From Oligoflexales bacterium (lineage in GTDB: Bacteria; Bdellovibrionota_B; Oligoflexia; Oligoflexales; Bog-1112), in contig JBGCDR010000458.1 in NCBI GenBank assembly GCA_045105515.1, positions 1 to 18,698 of the forward strand: a stretch of DNA of 18,698 nt, given 5' to 3'. Shown one piece after another: positions 18,698-18,698 of this stretch. Numbering within the stretch: position 1 is the stretch's first letter; the number at the start of each line of letters is the position of its first letter. Below the pieces are notes generated by a model. It was given only the letters and a program-made list of their open reading frames with translations, had not been told where the DNA came from and searched no databases. The translations under genes were made by a program, and so were the position numbers.

Positions 18698-18698
18698 G
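18560..18698. repeat. Right copy of 139-bp terminal inverted repeat
   Basis: gcagggttgattc...tctaacaatg is the reverse complement of 1-139. The ORFs at both ends share the identical peptide NSQKNTSQ...YLNQPC. Confidence 0.97.

Noticed and set aside
1..18698. Transposon, linear plasmid or phage with terminal inverted repeats
   Set aside because: No transposase, integrase, polymerase, terminal protein or virion genes; the contents are chromosomal housekeeping genes (HU, kbl-tdh, ispB-like).

Overview
An AT-rich bacterial chromosomal segment. The gene set (TIGR02147/DUF4423, DUF6178-like, divergent TolC-like, PilZ) suggests Oligoflexia/Bdellovibrionota or a similar deltaproteobacterial lineage; this is inference only. 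It carries mostly ordinary genes: a parallel beta-helix/diheme cytochrome c pair, PilZ protein, HU, TIGR02147 protein, kbl-tdh, LysE exporter, frameshifted HAD hydrolase, polyprenyl synthetase, DUF6178-like operon, rhomboid protease, RRM protein, EcsC-family protein, a doubly interrupted hexapeptide-repeat gene and a TolC-like gene. The standout feature is an exact 139-bp inverted repeat at the two ends (1-139 and 18560-18698). It is open in one reading frame and continues in frame into two different C-termini: a 34-aa tail with a PYFHxG motif on the left and a ~590-aa TolC-like body on the right. This could be a large intragenic inversion that swaps C-termini, or an assembly/chimera artefact; the sequence alone cannot decide. 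I saw no transposase, recombinase, CRISPR array, tRNA or rRNA.
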